From NCBI RefSeq assembly GCF_006345805.1, contig NC_043006.1, forward strand, positions 58,900,001-58,964,000: a DNA stretch of 64,000 bases. The letters are read 5' to 3'. Positions within the stretch are counted from its first letter, which is position 1; every line of letters starts with the position of its first letter. The notes beneath the pieces are model-generated. The model ran no database searches, was not told where the DNA came from, and saw only the letters and a list, made by a program, of their open reading frames with translations. Shown piece by piece: positions 14,787 to 28,329 of the stretch. This DNA is from Octopus sinensis (lineage: Eukaryota). The translations under genes were made by a program, and so were the position numbers.

Positions 14787-16490
14787 CATACATACACATA
14801 TATATATATACATATATACGTTAAATATATAAAATATATTTGTATGTACGTATTAGGTGTGTATACATGTGCACATACATACATACATACACATACATAC
14901 ATACATACATACATACATACATACATACATACATACATACATACATACATACATGAAAGAGACAACAAAGAATTAATATTAATGCCAATTCGAGGAAGCA
15001 GCAGAAAATTATATTCATTTTCTGGAGAATAGTCTTGATTGGAATTTAAAATTTAATAAGTTTATGGTAATGTTTTTATACCTAATTTGTGAAATGTAAC
15101 AGAATTGTTGATCAATTTTTAATCTTAAAAATCTTAAAATATATTGTGATTTCTTTCAAATGTCACGGAAACATTGTCTACTTGGTAACTAAGTTTCACA
15201 CATTCTCAAAGGAAATGAATTTAGTTAACTCTTAACATATTCTTTGCTTTTCAATCACAGCTAAACTTTGAAAAGTTCAATATTCTCAGATTCGAAAACA
15301 AGATTAATTAAATGAAATTTAATTAGAAATATTCCAAATATCTATGTGTCAGATTTTATTCTTTTAAAACAAAAACAGAAGCTCGCTGCTTTCATAATTT
15401 TATTATTCACCTTCAAAAAATATTCGTAGTACAACTGAAAACCCCCCATAATATCACACGCTTACACGCACCCATGCATACGCACAAAGAAACATACACG
15501 GACGGACGCTCACAAACCGTGGCGCACCAAAACCGTGACACACAAACTTACACAGATGTGGATTTCGATAGAAGGGTATCAAGTTGTTCGATTAATTAGA
15601 TAATTAGCTTATTGCAAGGTGGATGAATATTCCAGAAACTTGAATACCATTTAATGTAATTCTCAGATAAAATGAGAATGACATATGCACACACTACATG
15701 CATATATACATACGTACATACTTACATCCGTACACATTTATGTGTGTATGTGCGTATGTATAGACATATAGATAGAGGGTACAAACAGACAAGAGACTCT
15801 GCATGGTAGCCCCTACATGACCCTTAAATTACAAATGCCATCGTTATTTTTTTAAAGAAGCTCAGTTGGAAGAGCGCAAGACGGAAGATAAAAAAGTTCC
15901 TGGTCAAACTCGTATTTCGGTATCCCATGACTGATATTTGTTTATAGGCGCAGGTATGGTAGTGTGGTTAAGGAGTCCTCTTTGAAACCATGTGGTTTCG
16001 AGTTCAACTCCACCACGCAGCACCTTGGGAAAGTATATCTACTATAGCCCTGGACTGACCAATGTTTTGTAAGGGAATTTGGTTGACGAAACCTAAGGAG
16101 AAGCACGTCGTGTGTATGTGTGTATCTGTGTTTATCTCCCCACCATTTGACAATCGTGTTGGTTTGCTTACGTCCCTGTAACTTAGCGGTTTAAGATAAG
16201 AGGCTGATAGAATAAGTACCAGACTAGCGTCGATGTCTTTGGACAAAAAATCAGCCCGATTGTGCTCCAGCATGATCGCAGTACAATGACTGAAGCAAGT
16301 GAAAGATAAATGATATATCTTTTACTTGTTTGGGTATATCCCGATATACGAGAAAATGGGATAAATAATCTAGGGCTAAAGAAGAAATTGAAGGTTGGTT
16401 TCTGCTTTGAATTCTGCTTAGATCTTTCAGTCATTACAATAGCCGAGTTTATATATTTCAAAGGTGACATTTGTAAAATTCCCTCTGTTC

Positions 16491-16620
16491 ATACATACAT
16501 ACATATACATACATACATACATACATACATACATACATACATACATACATACATACATACACGCATACATACATACATGCATACATACATGCATACATAC
16601 ATACATACATGCATACATAC

Positions 16621-16652
<32 letters not shown>

Positions 16653-16654
16653 GC

Positions 16655-16685
<31 letters not shown>

Positions 16686-16693
16686 CATATATA

Positions 16694-16724
<31 letters not shown>

Positions 16725-16871
16725 CATACATACATACATACATACATACATACATACATACAACATACATACATACATACTACATACATACATACATACA
16801 TACATACATACACGCATACATACATACATGCATACATACATGCATACATACATACATACATGCATACATAC

Positions 16872-16903
<32 letters not shown>

Positions 16904-17020
16904 GCATATATATATATACATATATATATATATACATATATATATACGTATATATATATATATATATATATATACATACATACATACATACATACATACA
17001 TACATACATACATACACACA
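16491..17020. repeat. Compound (CATA)n/(TA)n microsatellite with an internal duplication of about 250 bp
   Basis: ACGCATACATACATACATGCATAC block at 16561 recurs at 16812. Confidence 0.9.
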
Positions 17021-17171
17021 AACGCATATATAGTTGAAATTTACAGTAAATCAAAAGACGAAGACAGGTGTATAAACAAAAAACAGGTATATTAGTTTGA
17101 CGGTCGGGAAGGTGAGAGAGTCTTTTACGTTTCGAGCCTACGCCCCTTAACAGAAACGAACACGAGTAAAT

Positions 17172-17272
<101 letters not shown>

Positions 17273-17329
17273 AAAACTTTTAGAGTTAGCGGTCAATCAT
17301 GGCGATATATATATATATATATATATATA

Positions 17330-17830
17330 CAGGATGCGGTGAAAAATGAAAATAAAACTGACATCTCATTTTCAAAGATATATTTACCAAATATTTATTC
17401 AATAAAAACGCCATTGGCTTCAACCGCGGCCTGCAGACGATTTCGGAAACTCCTGTAACGCTTCTGGAGATCTCTTTGTTTAACTTGGTGAATGCTGCCA
17501 TAATCCTTGCTTTCAGTTCATATTTAGTGTTACAAGGAGTTTTGTTGGTCTCTCGCTCAACTGCGCCACACGTCCTCAGATTGCACTGTACTCATATTGA
17601 CACCCAACCTCTCTGAAATGTTCGTACTGGAACTTCCGGCGCGAATGCCATGCAGTACAGCATGTCGTTTCCAAATTTCTGGCAGAGTGTATTGCGTCAT
17701 GGTGCTGCTGTTCTTACTGACCCTACTATACTGACCCTACTATACTGTGTAGTCGACAAAATCAAAACCAAACAATGCGCATGCACGAAATTTAAAGTAT
17801 AAAATGACGACAATTTACCCATCGCACCCG
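17330..17830 (-). mobile_element. Second, shorter deletion derivative of the same DD37D-like family
   Basis: Starts TA-CAGGATGCGGTG and ends TTTACCCATCGCACCCG. Reverse complement matches both ends of 2244-3082, with a larger internal deletion. Confidence 0.85.
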
Positions 17831-17916
17831 CTTTATTTATATATATTATATAATCTTTTATTATTTGTAGTCGCCAGAAAGTTATTAAAGTTCAAGAGTT
17901 TCCACATGTACGTATG

Positions 17917-18018
<102 letters not shown>

Positions 18019-18488
18019 AGTGTGTGCGTGTGTGCGTGTTTGTATGTGTGTGTGTATCTTCAAGAAAATCTTGTTAGAATAACATTATACAAAACTTGTC
18101 ATCCGTTTTATTTATGTTTAGCTACCAGATTTTATTTTCCAATAAGCCAGAAACTGGCACATGTGGATAATAGTCTTTACCGCTAGGAGCGTTCTCCAAC
18201 CCACCACACACTGAGCGGGCGCACAGCTTCCGACATATACTTTCTCTATTCCTTTCTCTCATACACATTAGGTATTTATAGGAATATGCAGATTTGTCAT
18301 TCGATGGTCTCTTTCAAGGAAACGGTTCTTATTCATAGATAAACAATAAAATAAAATCAGTCCTCTGTTTATTGTGATGTATACTATCTGCTAGTTTCTG
18401 TAACGATAAGCAGATGAAAGATAAAGCCATCTTTGATTATATACTAATCTATCAAGTGTTATCATACGGACTAATTCCTATTTTACAG

Positions 18489-18586
18489 CAATGATTGAAG
18501 TTAACGCATTAAAATCTTTAATCGTGTGCTCGCTGCAAAATCTAAATGTCAAACATTGGCGCCATATAAAATTTCCTTATCCTCAG
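18489..18586 (+). CDS. Candidate coding exon, phase-compatible with 13349-13423
   Basis: Acceptor taattcctattttacag, donor CAG/gttagt, open frame (A)MIEVNALKSLIVCSLQNLNVKHWRHIKFPYPQ. NALKSLIV could complete the Greek key (cf. ND.ISSLKV). Confidence 0.4.
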
Positions 18587-18730
18587 GTTAGTTGAAGATA
18601 GGAAAAAATAAAACGTAGTGGATAACTGAAGAGACTACAGTGATTATAAGAATAACAAATATATTGATGTATTCGAATGGGCAGAAGATGTACAAAGGAA
18701 GGAATACAGTAATCACTCAGGATTAAAGAG

Positions 18731-19153
<423 letters not shown>

Positions 19154-20260
19154 AATGAGAGCGAAAGCCTACTTGTTCACTGGCCCTTTACCTTATTTCC
19201 TTTGTATATATATTTTTAAAAGTTTTAAATACAATATTTTCACAAAGATTTAGAAGACTTTATAAAAGATCAAAGCGTTTAGATTTGACGAGAAGACATT
19301 AAATTTTACGTCTTGGCTGACAGATTGTAGCCATTAAACACACAGACACACAGACAACACACATACACACACCCCCACTTAGATTCCACTCTATTATTAT
19401 TTTCTAGTATTCTTTTATTTTTTAATTCTTTTACTTGTTTCAGTTTTCTGACTGCAGCCATGCTGGAGCACCACCTTGGAGTGTTAGTCAAAGAAACCAA
19501 TCCAGGACTTGTTCTTTGTAAGCCAAGTGCTTTTTTTGGCCGAAACGCTAAGTTACAGGGACATAAACACACCAGCATCGATTGTCAAGTGATGACGGGG
19601 AGGGGGAAACAAATACAGACGCACCCACATACACCCTCCCCGTCATCACTTGACAATCGATGCTGGTGTGTTTATGTCCCTGTATATATATATATATATA
19701 TATATATACCAAGTAGCAACACCAAATAGCGGTGCCCCAGCATGGCCACAGCTCATAAGCTGAAACTAGAATCAATCAATCAATCAATCAATCAATATAT
19801 ATATATACAACGGATTTCTTTCAGTTTTCGTCTACCAAATCCATTGACAAGACTTTGGTTGGCCCGAGGCTGTAGTAGAAGACACTTGCTCAAGGTGCTA
19901 TGCAGTGGGTCTGAATCCGGAATCATGTGGTTGGGAAGCAAGCTTCTTACCACACAGTCACGCCTGGGCCTAGAAGTGTGAGATGCTTGCAACACCAATG
20001 TTTCCCAAGCGGTCATCCAACTAAGTATTCACTAGGCTCGTCTTTACTTAACTTCATTGCTTAACTTTAGGTATAAGACCAGTGATTTTAAGGAGGAAAG
20101 ATTAGTCGATACTATCGATCCAAATATTCGTACTTGACTGACACTTTATCGTATTTTATCAAACTCTGGAGAGATAAAAGACAAAATTAATCTCGGCAGG
20201 ATTTGAAACCAGAACGAAAAAAACCCAGAATACCGCGAGGCTCGATGCGTTAACGATTCT

Positions 20261-20670
20261 TATTTCTTTATTGCCCACAAGGGGTTAAACGTGAGGGGAC
20301 AAACAAGGACAGACAAAGGGATTAAGTCGATTACATCGACCCCAGAGCATAACTGGTACTTAATTTATCGACCCCGAAAGGATGAAATGCAAAGTCGACC
20401 TCGGTGGAATTTGAACTCAGAACGTAGCGGCAGACGAAATACCTATTTCTTTACTACCTACAAGGGGCTAAACACAGAGGAGACAAACAAGGACAGACAG
20501 ACGGATTAAGTCGATTATATCGACCCCAGTGCGTAACTGGTACTTATTTTATCGACCCCGAAAGGATGAAAGGCAAAGTCGACCTCGGCGGAATTTGAAC
20601 TCAGAACGTAGCGGCAGACGAAATACGGCTACACAATTCGCCCGGCGTGCAAACGTTTCTGCTAGCCGGC
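20261..20670 (-). repeat. Dimer of the same SINE (about 184-bp period)
   Basis: Same unit sequence and same GAAATACCTATTTC junction as the 61.6-62.8 kb array. Confidence 0.9.
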
Positions 20671-22060
20671 TTCGATTCTCCGCGTTAACGATTCTGACAA
20701 TCAGATGTCCTTTAGATTTCTGATTTTCGTACAAGACCAGCAATTTTGAGGGGCAGGAATCTAATCGGTGTCATCGATCCCAATACTTGATTGGTACTTA
20801 TTTTATCGTCTCCGAAAGTAATTTTAGGGGAAGTGGTTCAGATGATTACATCGACCTTAGTGCTTAGGGGGTACCTATTTTATTGTCCCCGAAAGGATGA
20901 ACAACAAAATGGACATCGGCGGTTTGAACTCAGACCGTAAAGAGCCGGAAGAACTGCCGCTAAGCATTTGCTCGACGCTCTGTTGGCTGCCTTATGACAA
21001 CAAAAGCAACGAGAACAATAATAATGCATATATCGTTAAGTATCAAAGTCATCTGCCGTTCACTTGGTTACCGATATTCCCCTCTACTGAATCTCAGGGG
21101 ATGAATAATAGTTACAATGAGTGTTCCAAGACACGTGATCTTAGATTAAATGACTTTCTAAACAAGTGGAACTCAAGAATATCATATTTTATAATTGCGA
21201 TAATTAAATTTCAGTGTCTTCCGTGTCGTTGTCTCTGTTAATATTTTTTAGCATCAACTTCATATTAACTACCTAAACAAGCGTAACTCGACACTATTAT
21301 ATTTTATGTTTGAAATAATTAAATTTGATCGAAGACTTTCGTGCCATTGAGTCATTGCTATTTTCATATTAACGACTTTAAATTTTAAATAACATTAAGG
21401 ACCTAATATCATTTATAATTTTCTATATTCGAAGGGTAAAAACATAAAAAACATAAATGTATTTTTTCTAAAAAATAATTCTGGTTAAAATTTCCATGTA
21501 GCAAAAAATAAACAAATAAATAAATAAATAAGAAAAAGAAACAGAAAAAGCATGAAAATGCCCCAAAATAAAGACAAAAGCAATATACTCATTTTTTTTT
21601 GTATTCGTCATTATAAAGACTTGTAACGTTGGTACAGTGCAACACATAACGAGAAGTGTTAACACATAACGATGAAAGTAATGGTACTTGTTTTATCGAC
21701 CCTGAAAAGATGTAAGGTAAAGAAAAAACTTCAGTTGAATTCAGTTTCATTTTCTTTCTACGGATAATAACTTCTATTGTCTATGGTTACAGTTTGTCTG
21801 GCGTGTAAAAAATTATATATCCAGTATCATAAAAACATTTTAGTTTTACAATTACAGAAGAAATATATTTGAGTGGAAAATAAAGAAAACTTTCATTTCC
21901 CACTCCGTTGTTTGTTGACTGAATTCATCATGAAAATACTACTTTATGTGATTAGAGACTTGACAAAACTAACACCTCTTACTTAGATATTTCCATTTCC
22001 TGAAACTTAACACAATATCTTACGTTTAATAATAATTAGTTTTATTTCTTTTTCTTGTAG

Positions 22061-22203
22061 GTGGCTATAGCGAACACAGGAAAGACATTTTATTAGTTGA
22101 CATAGCAACGGTCATTGAAAGTAATAGCCATCATAGAGATAGATTTCTTGCAGAAGAATACTTGATTCGCAAAATAATGAACATTAGTCGTCATGAGAAC
22201 TAA
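22061..22203 (+). CDS. Candidate terminal exon
   Basis: Strong acceptor tttatttctttttcttgtag. Phase 0 gives VAIANTGKTFY* (stop at 22096); phase 1 gives GYSEHRKDILL..ISRHEN* (stop at 22203). Frame unresolved. Confidence 0.3.
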
Positions 22204-22491
22204 ATGTTTCGGCAACAGAGCAACACATTTGCAAGAAACAGGAAAAAGCCTCTAAAACGTGAGTAGAATACTCTAATAAATTGAAGGTGAGATATAGCAT
22301 TTATATTGATTTATTACAAATTCGATTTCTAGTCATTACACAAAGGTATCTATTGGCAAATTTATTTATTTACTCCTGAAGTAAAACTAAAAGTTTCCCA
22401 TAAAATCTACCCCAATAGCTATAGTATTCCATTGTTTAAAATTCTATTCCCCAATTACTTTACGAATTGTCAGTTTTGAAAAGCAGCCTTT

Positions 22492-22533
<42 letters not shown>

Positions 22534-22569
22534 ATACATACACATATATACATGTACATATACATACAT

Positions 22570-22649
<80 letters not shown>

Positions 22650-23740
22650 TATATATACATATACATGTACATATACATACATACAATATATATATACATA
22701 CATCATTGTTCATCTAGTACTTATTTTATCAATCCCAAATGGTTGAAAGATAACGTCGTCCTCGGCGGTATTTGAACTTAGAACGTAAACAACTGGAAGA
22801 AATGTCCCTCAGTATTTTGTTCAACGCTCTAACGACCCTGCTAAAAGATCTCCTTTTTTGACGACTGGTAATTCATTTTATCGACACTAGTAAGATGAAA
22901 GCAAAGTTGATCTCGGTAGGATATAGTACCAATAAAATATCGATTTGTAATATACGACTAAATTTGGAGAAGTTGCAAAATAAAAATCGCCTCTGTTCTT
23001 CCCTTTTATTCAACTACAGAAGGAGGAAAGGCAAAGGTATAGTGAAGATTAAATCAGAGCAAAAAGAACTATTACTAAATATGGTAAAACATTTTCTCCG
23101 ACGCGCAAACGATTCTGTGAAATGCTAATATTATTGAATATTATTGACCAATTTCTGCTACTAGGTCATTGTTCCCATCTGATAAATTAATATTTTCATT
23201 AATGAAAATGATATTTGTTTAATTACTTCAGGTCTCTCGGGGATTCTTCGTAGGAATGGCACTTTGGTTTTTTGCTTTTGTCTTTTTTATTCGCAGCATA
23301 ACTCCAGAATTCTTTCAATGTTTTTCTCGTTTGCCGTGTTACATAGTTTTGTTCAGTTAACCATATTGTTGCACCAGCCTATTTTGTCGTGTTACACTGG
23401 TTTATAATGTTATACTAACAGCATCAAAGATAATAATGCATATCTCGTTAAATATCAGTCTTTTGTCATTGTTCTGATTACCGATACTCATTTTTACTGA
23501 ATCTCTATACTGAATATATAAATAGGAGTACTCAGTACCTTAGTTGAGATTAATGATCGAATCAGTCACTTGTTACTCCGAGTTTCGCCTGTAGGTGTCC
23601 AGGATTTTACAGGCAATATGTGCCATAATTTGCCTGCAGATTATCTGTACCCACAGGTGAAACTCTGAATACGAAGAAACTGACTGAACCAAACTATAAT
23701 ATAATATAGTAATACAATACAACAAAATAAATATAATATA

Positions 23741-23924
23741 ATATATATCATAATATAATATGATATACAATGTAACATAATATATTGTATAATATGATAT
23801 AATATATACAATAAATATGTGTGTGTGTGTGTGTATATATATATATAATATATATCATAATATAATATGATATACAATGTAACATAATATATTGTATAAT
23901 ATGATATAATATATACAATAAATA

Positions 23925-23960
<36 letters not shown>
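23741..23960. repeat. Two-copy tandem repeat, 107-bp period
   Basis: TGATATACAATGTAACATAATATATTG at 23761 and 23868. Confidence 0.9.
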
Positions 23961-23964
<4 letters not shown>

Positions 23965-24077
23965 ATACTATATAATACTATATTTGTTCCACGTCCTCGC
24001 GTTGTGTTTTCTCTTTGTGTTTTCATGTTTGGATTAACTTTATATATATATATATATATGCGTATATATATATACAT

Positions 24078-24300
24078 ATATGTGTGTGTGTATATATGTC
24101 GTGGAACTCCGTCGGTTACGACGACGAGGGTTCCATGTGATCCGATCAACGGAAGAGCCTGCTCGTGAAATTAACATGCAAGTGGCTGAGCACTCCACAG
24201 ACACGTGTACCCTTAACGTAGTTCTCGGGGAGATTCAGCGTAACACAGAGTGTAACAAGGCTGGCCCTTTGACATACAGGTACAACAGAAACAGGAAGAA
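24078..24300 (-). mobile_element. Dispersed repeat (probable retroelement 5' or SINE part); related sequence at 63880-64000
   Basis: Reverse complement GCTGAATCTCCCCGAGAACTACGTTAAGGGTACACGTGTCTGTGGAGTGCTCAGCCACTT resembles 63898-63960. Confidence 0.55.
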
Positions 24301-24425
24301 AGAGTGAGAGAAAGTTATGATAGAAGAATACAGCAGGGTTCGCCACCACACACTGCCGGAACCACTCACAGCGCCCGGTCTGAGAATGGAAACTGCGATC
24401 CTATGACTGCGAGTCCATTGCAACT

Positions 24426-24536
<111 letters not shown>

Positions 24537-24549
24537 ACACACACATACA

Positions 24550-25439
24550 CAGGGTGTTCAGGCTAAATATCACAGTTTTCATACAAAAGAAAACAGTATC
24601 CCATACCACAATAAACGTGTTTTAAAAATCACAAAAAAAAAAGTATCTACTAGATTAAGACCGGAAGATAACTGTTTACTCAAAGTGATCACCTTCAGCT
24701 TCCACCACAGCTTCAGGACGGTATCGGAACCTAGCATATACCTTCCTTACTGTGTCCTTGGGAAGGTCTATGATCACCTTCATCTTGGCCACCAAGTCGG
24801 CCTTGCTATTGCAGGCAGACCAGTTAGTGTCTTTCTCAGACGTGCCTCATTCATAGTAATCTATAGGATTTATAATAAGGGGAATTACGAAGCTAGAAAT
24901 TGGGGCTGGTGAAGTCGTAGAAATTCTCCGACAACATCTTCTGACTCTTTCCGGATGTATAGCAAGGAGCCTAATCCTACTGCCACGCATATGGCTTTCC
25001 CAGCAGCAACCCTCTCCAGCCAGGATTTGACCATAATCTCCAAAAGCTTCACTTAGTCATTTGAATTTAGCCTAAAGCCCTTTTCAAAAGGGTGGGGTGG
25101 TATTCTTCAACCTGACTAGAGACACACCCAAGAACCGTCATAGTTTGAGGAAACTTGATTTTATGATGTTCATGTCAGGTCTAACACCCTTTATGGTGTT
25201 TACAGAGCATTGAGCAGGCAGTCATGATGCTGGTATTTGATAGCGAGCACGGACCATCATGATGAACGCAATTCTTAACCAATATTCAGATGACTTCCAG
25301 TCGTCCATGTCAGCTAACTTTTTCTGGACTAAAACTTTCATTTTTATGCTTCCCAATGGTGTTAACTATTCACCAATATATTAAGCTGTTCTTGGAAAAA
25401 GAAGACATATAATTCGTCAAGTTTAACCCGAACATATTG
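24550..25439 (-). mobile_element. Degenerate Tc1/mariner (DD37D-like), different subfamily
   Basis: TIR CAGGGTGTTCAGGCTAAAT at the edge of a (CA)n tract; weak partner at 25421-25439. Minus strand reads SEKDTNWSACNSKADLVAKMKV..KVYARFRYRPEAVVEAE, matching a transposase C-terminus. Confidence 0.8.
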
Positions 25440-25740
25440 CATATATATTTTTATCTCTATACAAAAATCAATATATTTTCTTTCCCAGAAGCTACGACAT
25501 GGCGCAAGCAATAGATTAAATGGTTTAGTAGTCTTGTTCTTTGTTTCGAATATAAAGGAGTATTATATCTTTGCATTCTCGTTTCTCAAGTGGCAATAAA
25601 ATATTGGTTTCAAATTTTAGTATAAGGTTAACAATTTCGAGAGAGATGGCAGGTCGATTGTATCGGCCCCATTGTTTAACTGGAACATATTTTATCGGTC
25701 CCGAAGGGATGAAAGATGAAGTCGACCTCGGCGGCATGTA

Positions 25741-25915
25741 AACTCAGAATCTAAATTATTTACATTATTTACATTTGATTGATTGTTATCCCCAGCTTCT
25801 TTGTTGTTAACACGTTTTGGCTGATATACCTTCCAGTCTTCATCAGGTGTCTTGGGGAATTTTCGAACCTGGGTTCTCAATCCTAAGATAATTTTCGATG
25901 TTGTTATTGTTATTA

Positions 25916-25955
<40 letters not shown>

Positions 25956-26111
25956 CATTATTATTATTGTTGTTGTTGTTGTTGTTGTTATTATTGTTCA
26001 GGTCACTGCTTGGAATCGATTCTGAGTTCGATTCCAGAGCGCGGGCTACTAACCACAAGATTCCGAATTCGATTCCAGGAGGTGACCTGAATAATAATAA
26101 TGATGATGATG

Positions 26112-26172
<61 letters not shown>

Positions 26173-26358
26173 CAACATCGAAAATACTTTAGGAATGAGA
26201 ACTCAGGTTCGAAATTTTCCCAAGACACCTGATGAAGGCTGGAGGGTATATCAGACGAAACGTTGTGTTAAGAACAAACAAGATGAGGACAAATACCCGT
26301 CAAATGTAAATAATGTACATAATTCCTCTACTCTTAAATATAGAACTCAGAATCTAAA
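25741..26358. mobile_element. Foldback insertion with two divergent Penelope-type pLTR arms, flanked by a 15-bp TSD
   Basis: AACTCAGAATCTAAA at 25741-25755 and 26344-26358 splits a SINE. The arms are imperfect inverted repeats including (TTA)n/(AAT)n and TTCAGGTCAC/GTGACCTGAA. Confidence 0.75.
26224..26269 (+). ncRNA. Minimal type I hammerhead ribozyme motif
   Basis: GACAC-CTGATGA-A-GGCTG..CAGAC-GAAA-CGT-T-GTGTT: stem I GACAC/GTGTT, stem II with one mismatch, palindromic ACGT stem III. Confidence 0.65.
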
Positions 26359-26449
26359 GTCGGAAGAAATGCTGATAAGCATTTTGTCGCCGAGGTAACG
26401 ATTCGGTCAGCTTCCAGCATTAAGTAGTGATAAAATATTGATATTAGTT

Positions 26450-26760
26450 TGTTGTAGTGAAAATGGTACACCCCTTCCTAAGTGACAAGTGGTATGAACG
26501 AGCCATTATAAAGTTAAGCAGTCGAGGTCAGTAGTAGTAGACTTGTTGTACGAGTTCTCAGTCGAAGTCAGTGTCAATTATGTAATATATTCGAGTTCGA
26601 GTTACCGTCAAGTTAGACGTTTTAAAATCGTTGTCTTGCGGAGCTATCAGCGATAGAACGATAGACGAGTCAAAGATAATAAGGCGCGGAATACCGCCGC
26701 AGCATATTAGTGGCAACAAGAATATTACAGTGCGGAGAACAACATAGAAGTGGACGAGGA
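26450..26760 (+). mobile_element. LTR-like segment with PBS-like remnant
   Basis: Termini TGTTGT (26450) and ACAACA (26744) are perfect 6-bp inverted ends; followed by TAGAAGTGGACGAGGAT, resembling the TGGCGACGAGGAT PBS of invertebrate Gypsy elements. No internal ORF. Confidence 0.45.
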
Positions 26761-27024
26761 TCCATATTATAAGATATTTTTAGTTGACAAAAGAGGAAGA
26801 ACATAGTCGACTGTATTGGTCTCAGTACTTGATTGGTAATTTATTTTATCGATCCCAGTGGAAAGAAAGGAAAGTTGATCTTGGTGGGATATAATATCGA
26901 TTTCTAGCATACAAGACGTCAAATGTTGGGGAAGAGGTTAGATAATTAAGTCGACCCCTTTATTTGACTAGTACATTTCAAACAATTTTATCTACTCCAG
27001 AAGGATGAAAGGCAAAGGTGTAAT

Positions 27025-27057
27025 ACTTTGATCTTAGTCAAAAGGTCAAGAAACGAT
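27025..27057 (-). pseudogene. 3'-truncated U2 snRNA pseudogene (nt 1-33)
   Basis: Reverse complement ATCGTTTCTTGACCTTTTGACTAAGATCAAAGT vs U2 ATCGCTTCTCGGCCTTTTGGCTAAGATCAAAGT (29/33, all transitions). Flanked by CAAAGGTGTAAT and CAAAGGTATAAT. Confidence 0.85.
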
Positions 27058-28073
27058 AGACAAAGGTATAATGAAGTTGAACTCAGAGCAAAAAGAACCA
27101 CTACTAAATATGGTAAAACATTTTCTCCGACGCTCTAACGATTCTGTGAAGTGCCAGTATTATCGACCAATATAGTTGAGTACACCCATCTCTTTCTTTT
27201 ACTATGTTATTGTTCACATCTAATAAATTAATATTTTCTAATTAATTCATGTCTCTCGAGGTTTCTTCCTGAGAATGGCACTTTGTTTTTTTTGCTTTTG
27301 TCTTTTTTATTCGCAACATAATCCCAGAATTCTTTCAATGTTTTCCTCGTTTGCTCGTGTTACCGTTTTGTTCTGTCGTGTTACACTGGTTTGTAATGTT
27401 ATATAATATTACGAGTTTCCACATTATTGTGTTACACTTTATTGAGTTACAATGTTTATTGCGTCTAAACTATTTCATTTTGGTGTTTAAATTATCTCCT
27501 ATGGCAAAGCAATATTCGGTTTTCCAAATTTTTTCCACTTATTTCCATGTAACTATGATTGGTCTAAAAATTACGCATGTTTAGTTTGTGTTAAGTGAAG
27601 GTTCAAAGGTTCACCTTAACACAAGGTATGATCAGATCTCCGTATTTGAGATTGTTATTGTTGTTGTAATCCCTAATGTCGCTATGCTTAAAATTACTTA
27701 TTTGAATATTTAAGAGATTTTCGCGTAATAATTTTCCAGTAAATCATTCATTTCTTCATTCCTCGTGTACATTCAGTTGTGTTTTTTTTCTTCAATTTTA
27801 GAGTTCAGTTTTGTTGTATAAATGTATTTGATAGCCGTTTAGGATAAGAAAATGTAGTGGGTATAAATGAAATTCTATAAGTTTGCGAAACGATCTTTTT
27901 TTATTGTCTACCACCCGGTATCGAGGGTAGACCTGCTTTGGTAATTTTAGTTCTTTTTTCAAGCACCTCCAATTTCATTTGATAATGTTTGAATAAATCA
28001 TGCCTCACACTATCCCCATATTCCATGAGTCAAATAACAATAATAATAGTGATAGTAGTAATAATAACAGTGA

Positions 28074-28126
<53 letters not shown>

Positions 28127-28268
28127 GCGCTGTTAATCTTGATATGTCGCGTGATGCATGTGCCTGGTGTACTCTTATCAGGCGAGTAGTTATAATAGGT
28201 ATACTGGGCTTCGTATATCTTATCCCAGTGTCTGATGGCATGCACTGCTCTCTCACATAATAATAATA

Positions 28269-28315
<47 letters not shown>

Positions 28316-28329
28316 TAGAACAGCAACGG

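Noticed and set aside
16310-16470. Crystallin-like words [11 protein letters not shown] and [11 protein letters not shown]; possible exon 16422-16463
   Set aside because: The pattern lacks the conserved aromatic residue, the donor gtgaca is weak, and the ORF length is due to the adjacent microsatellite.
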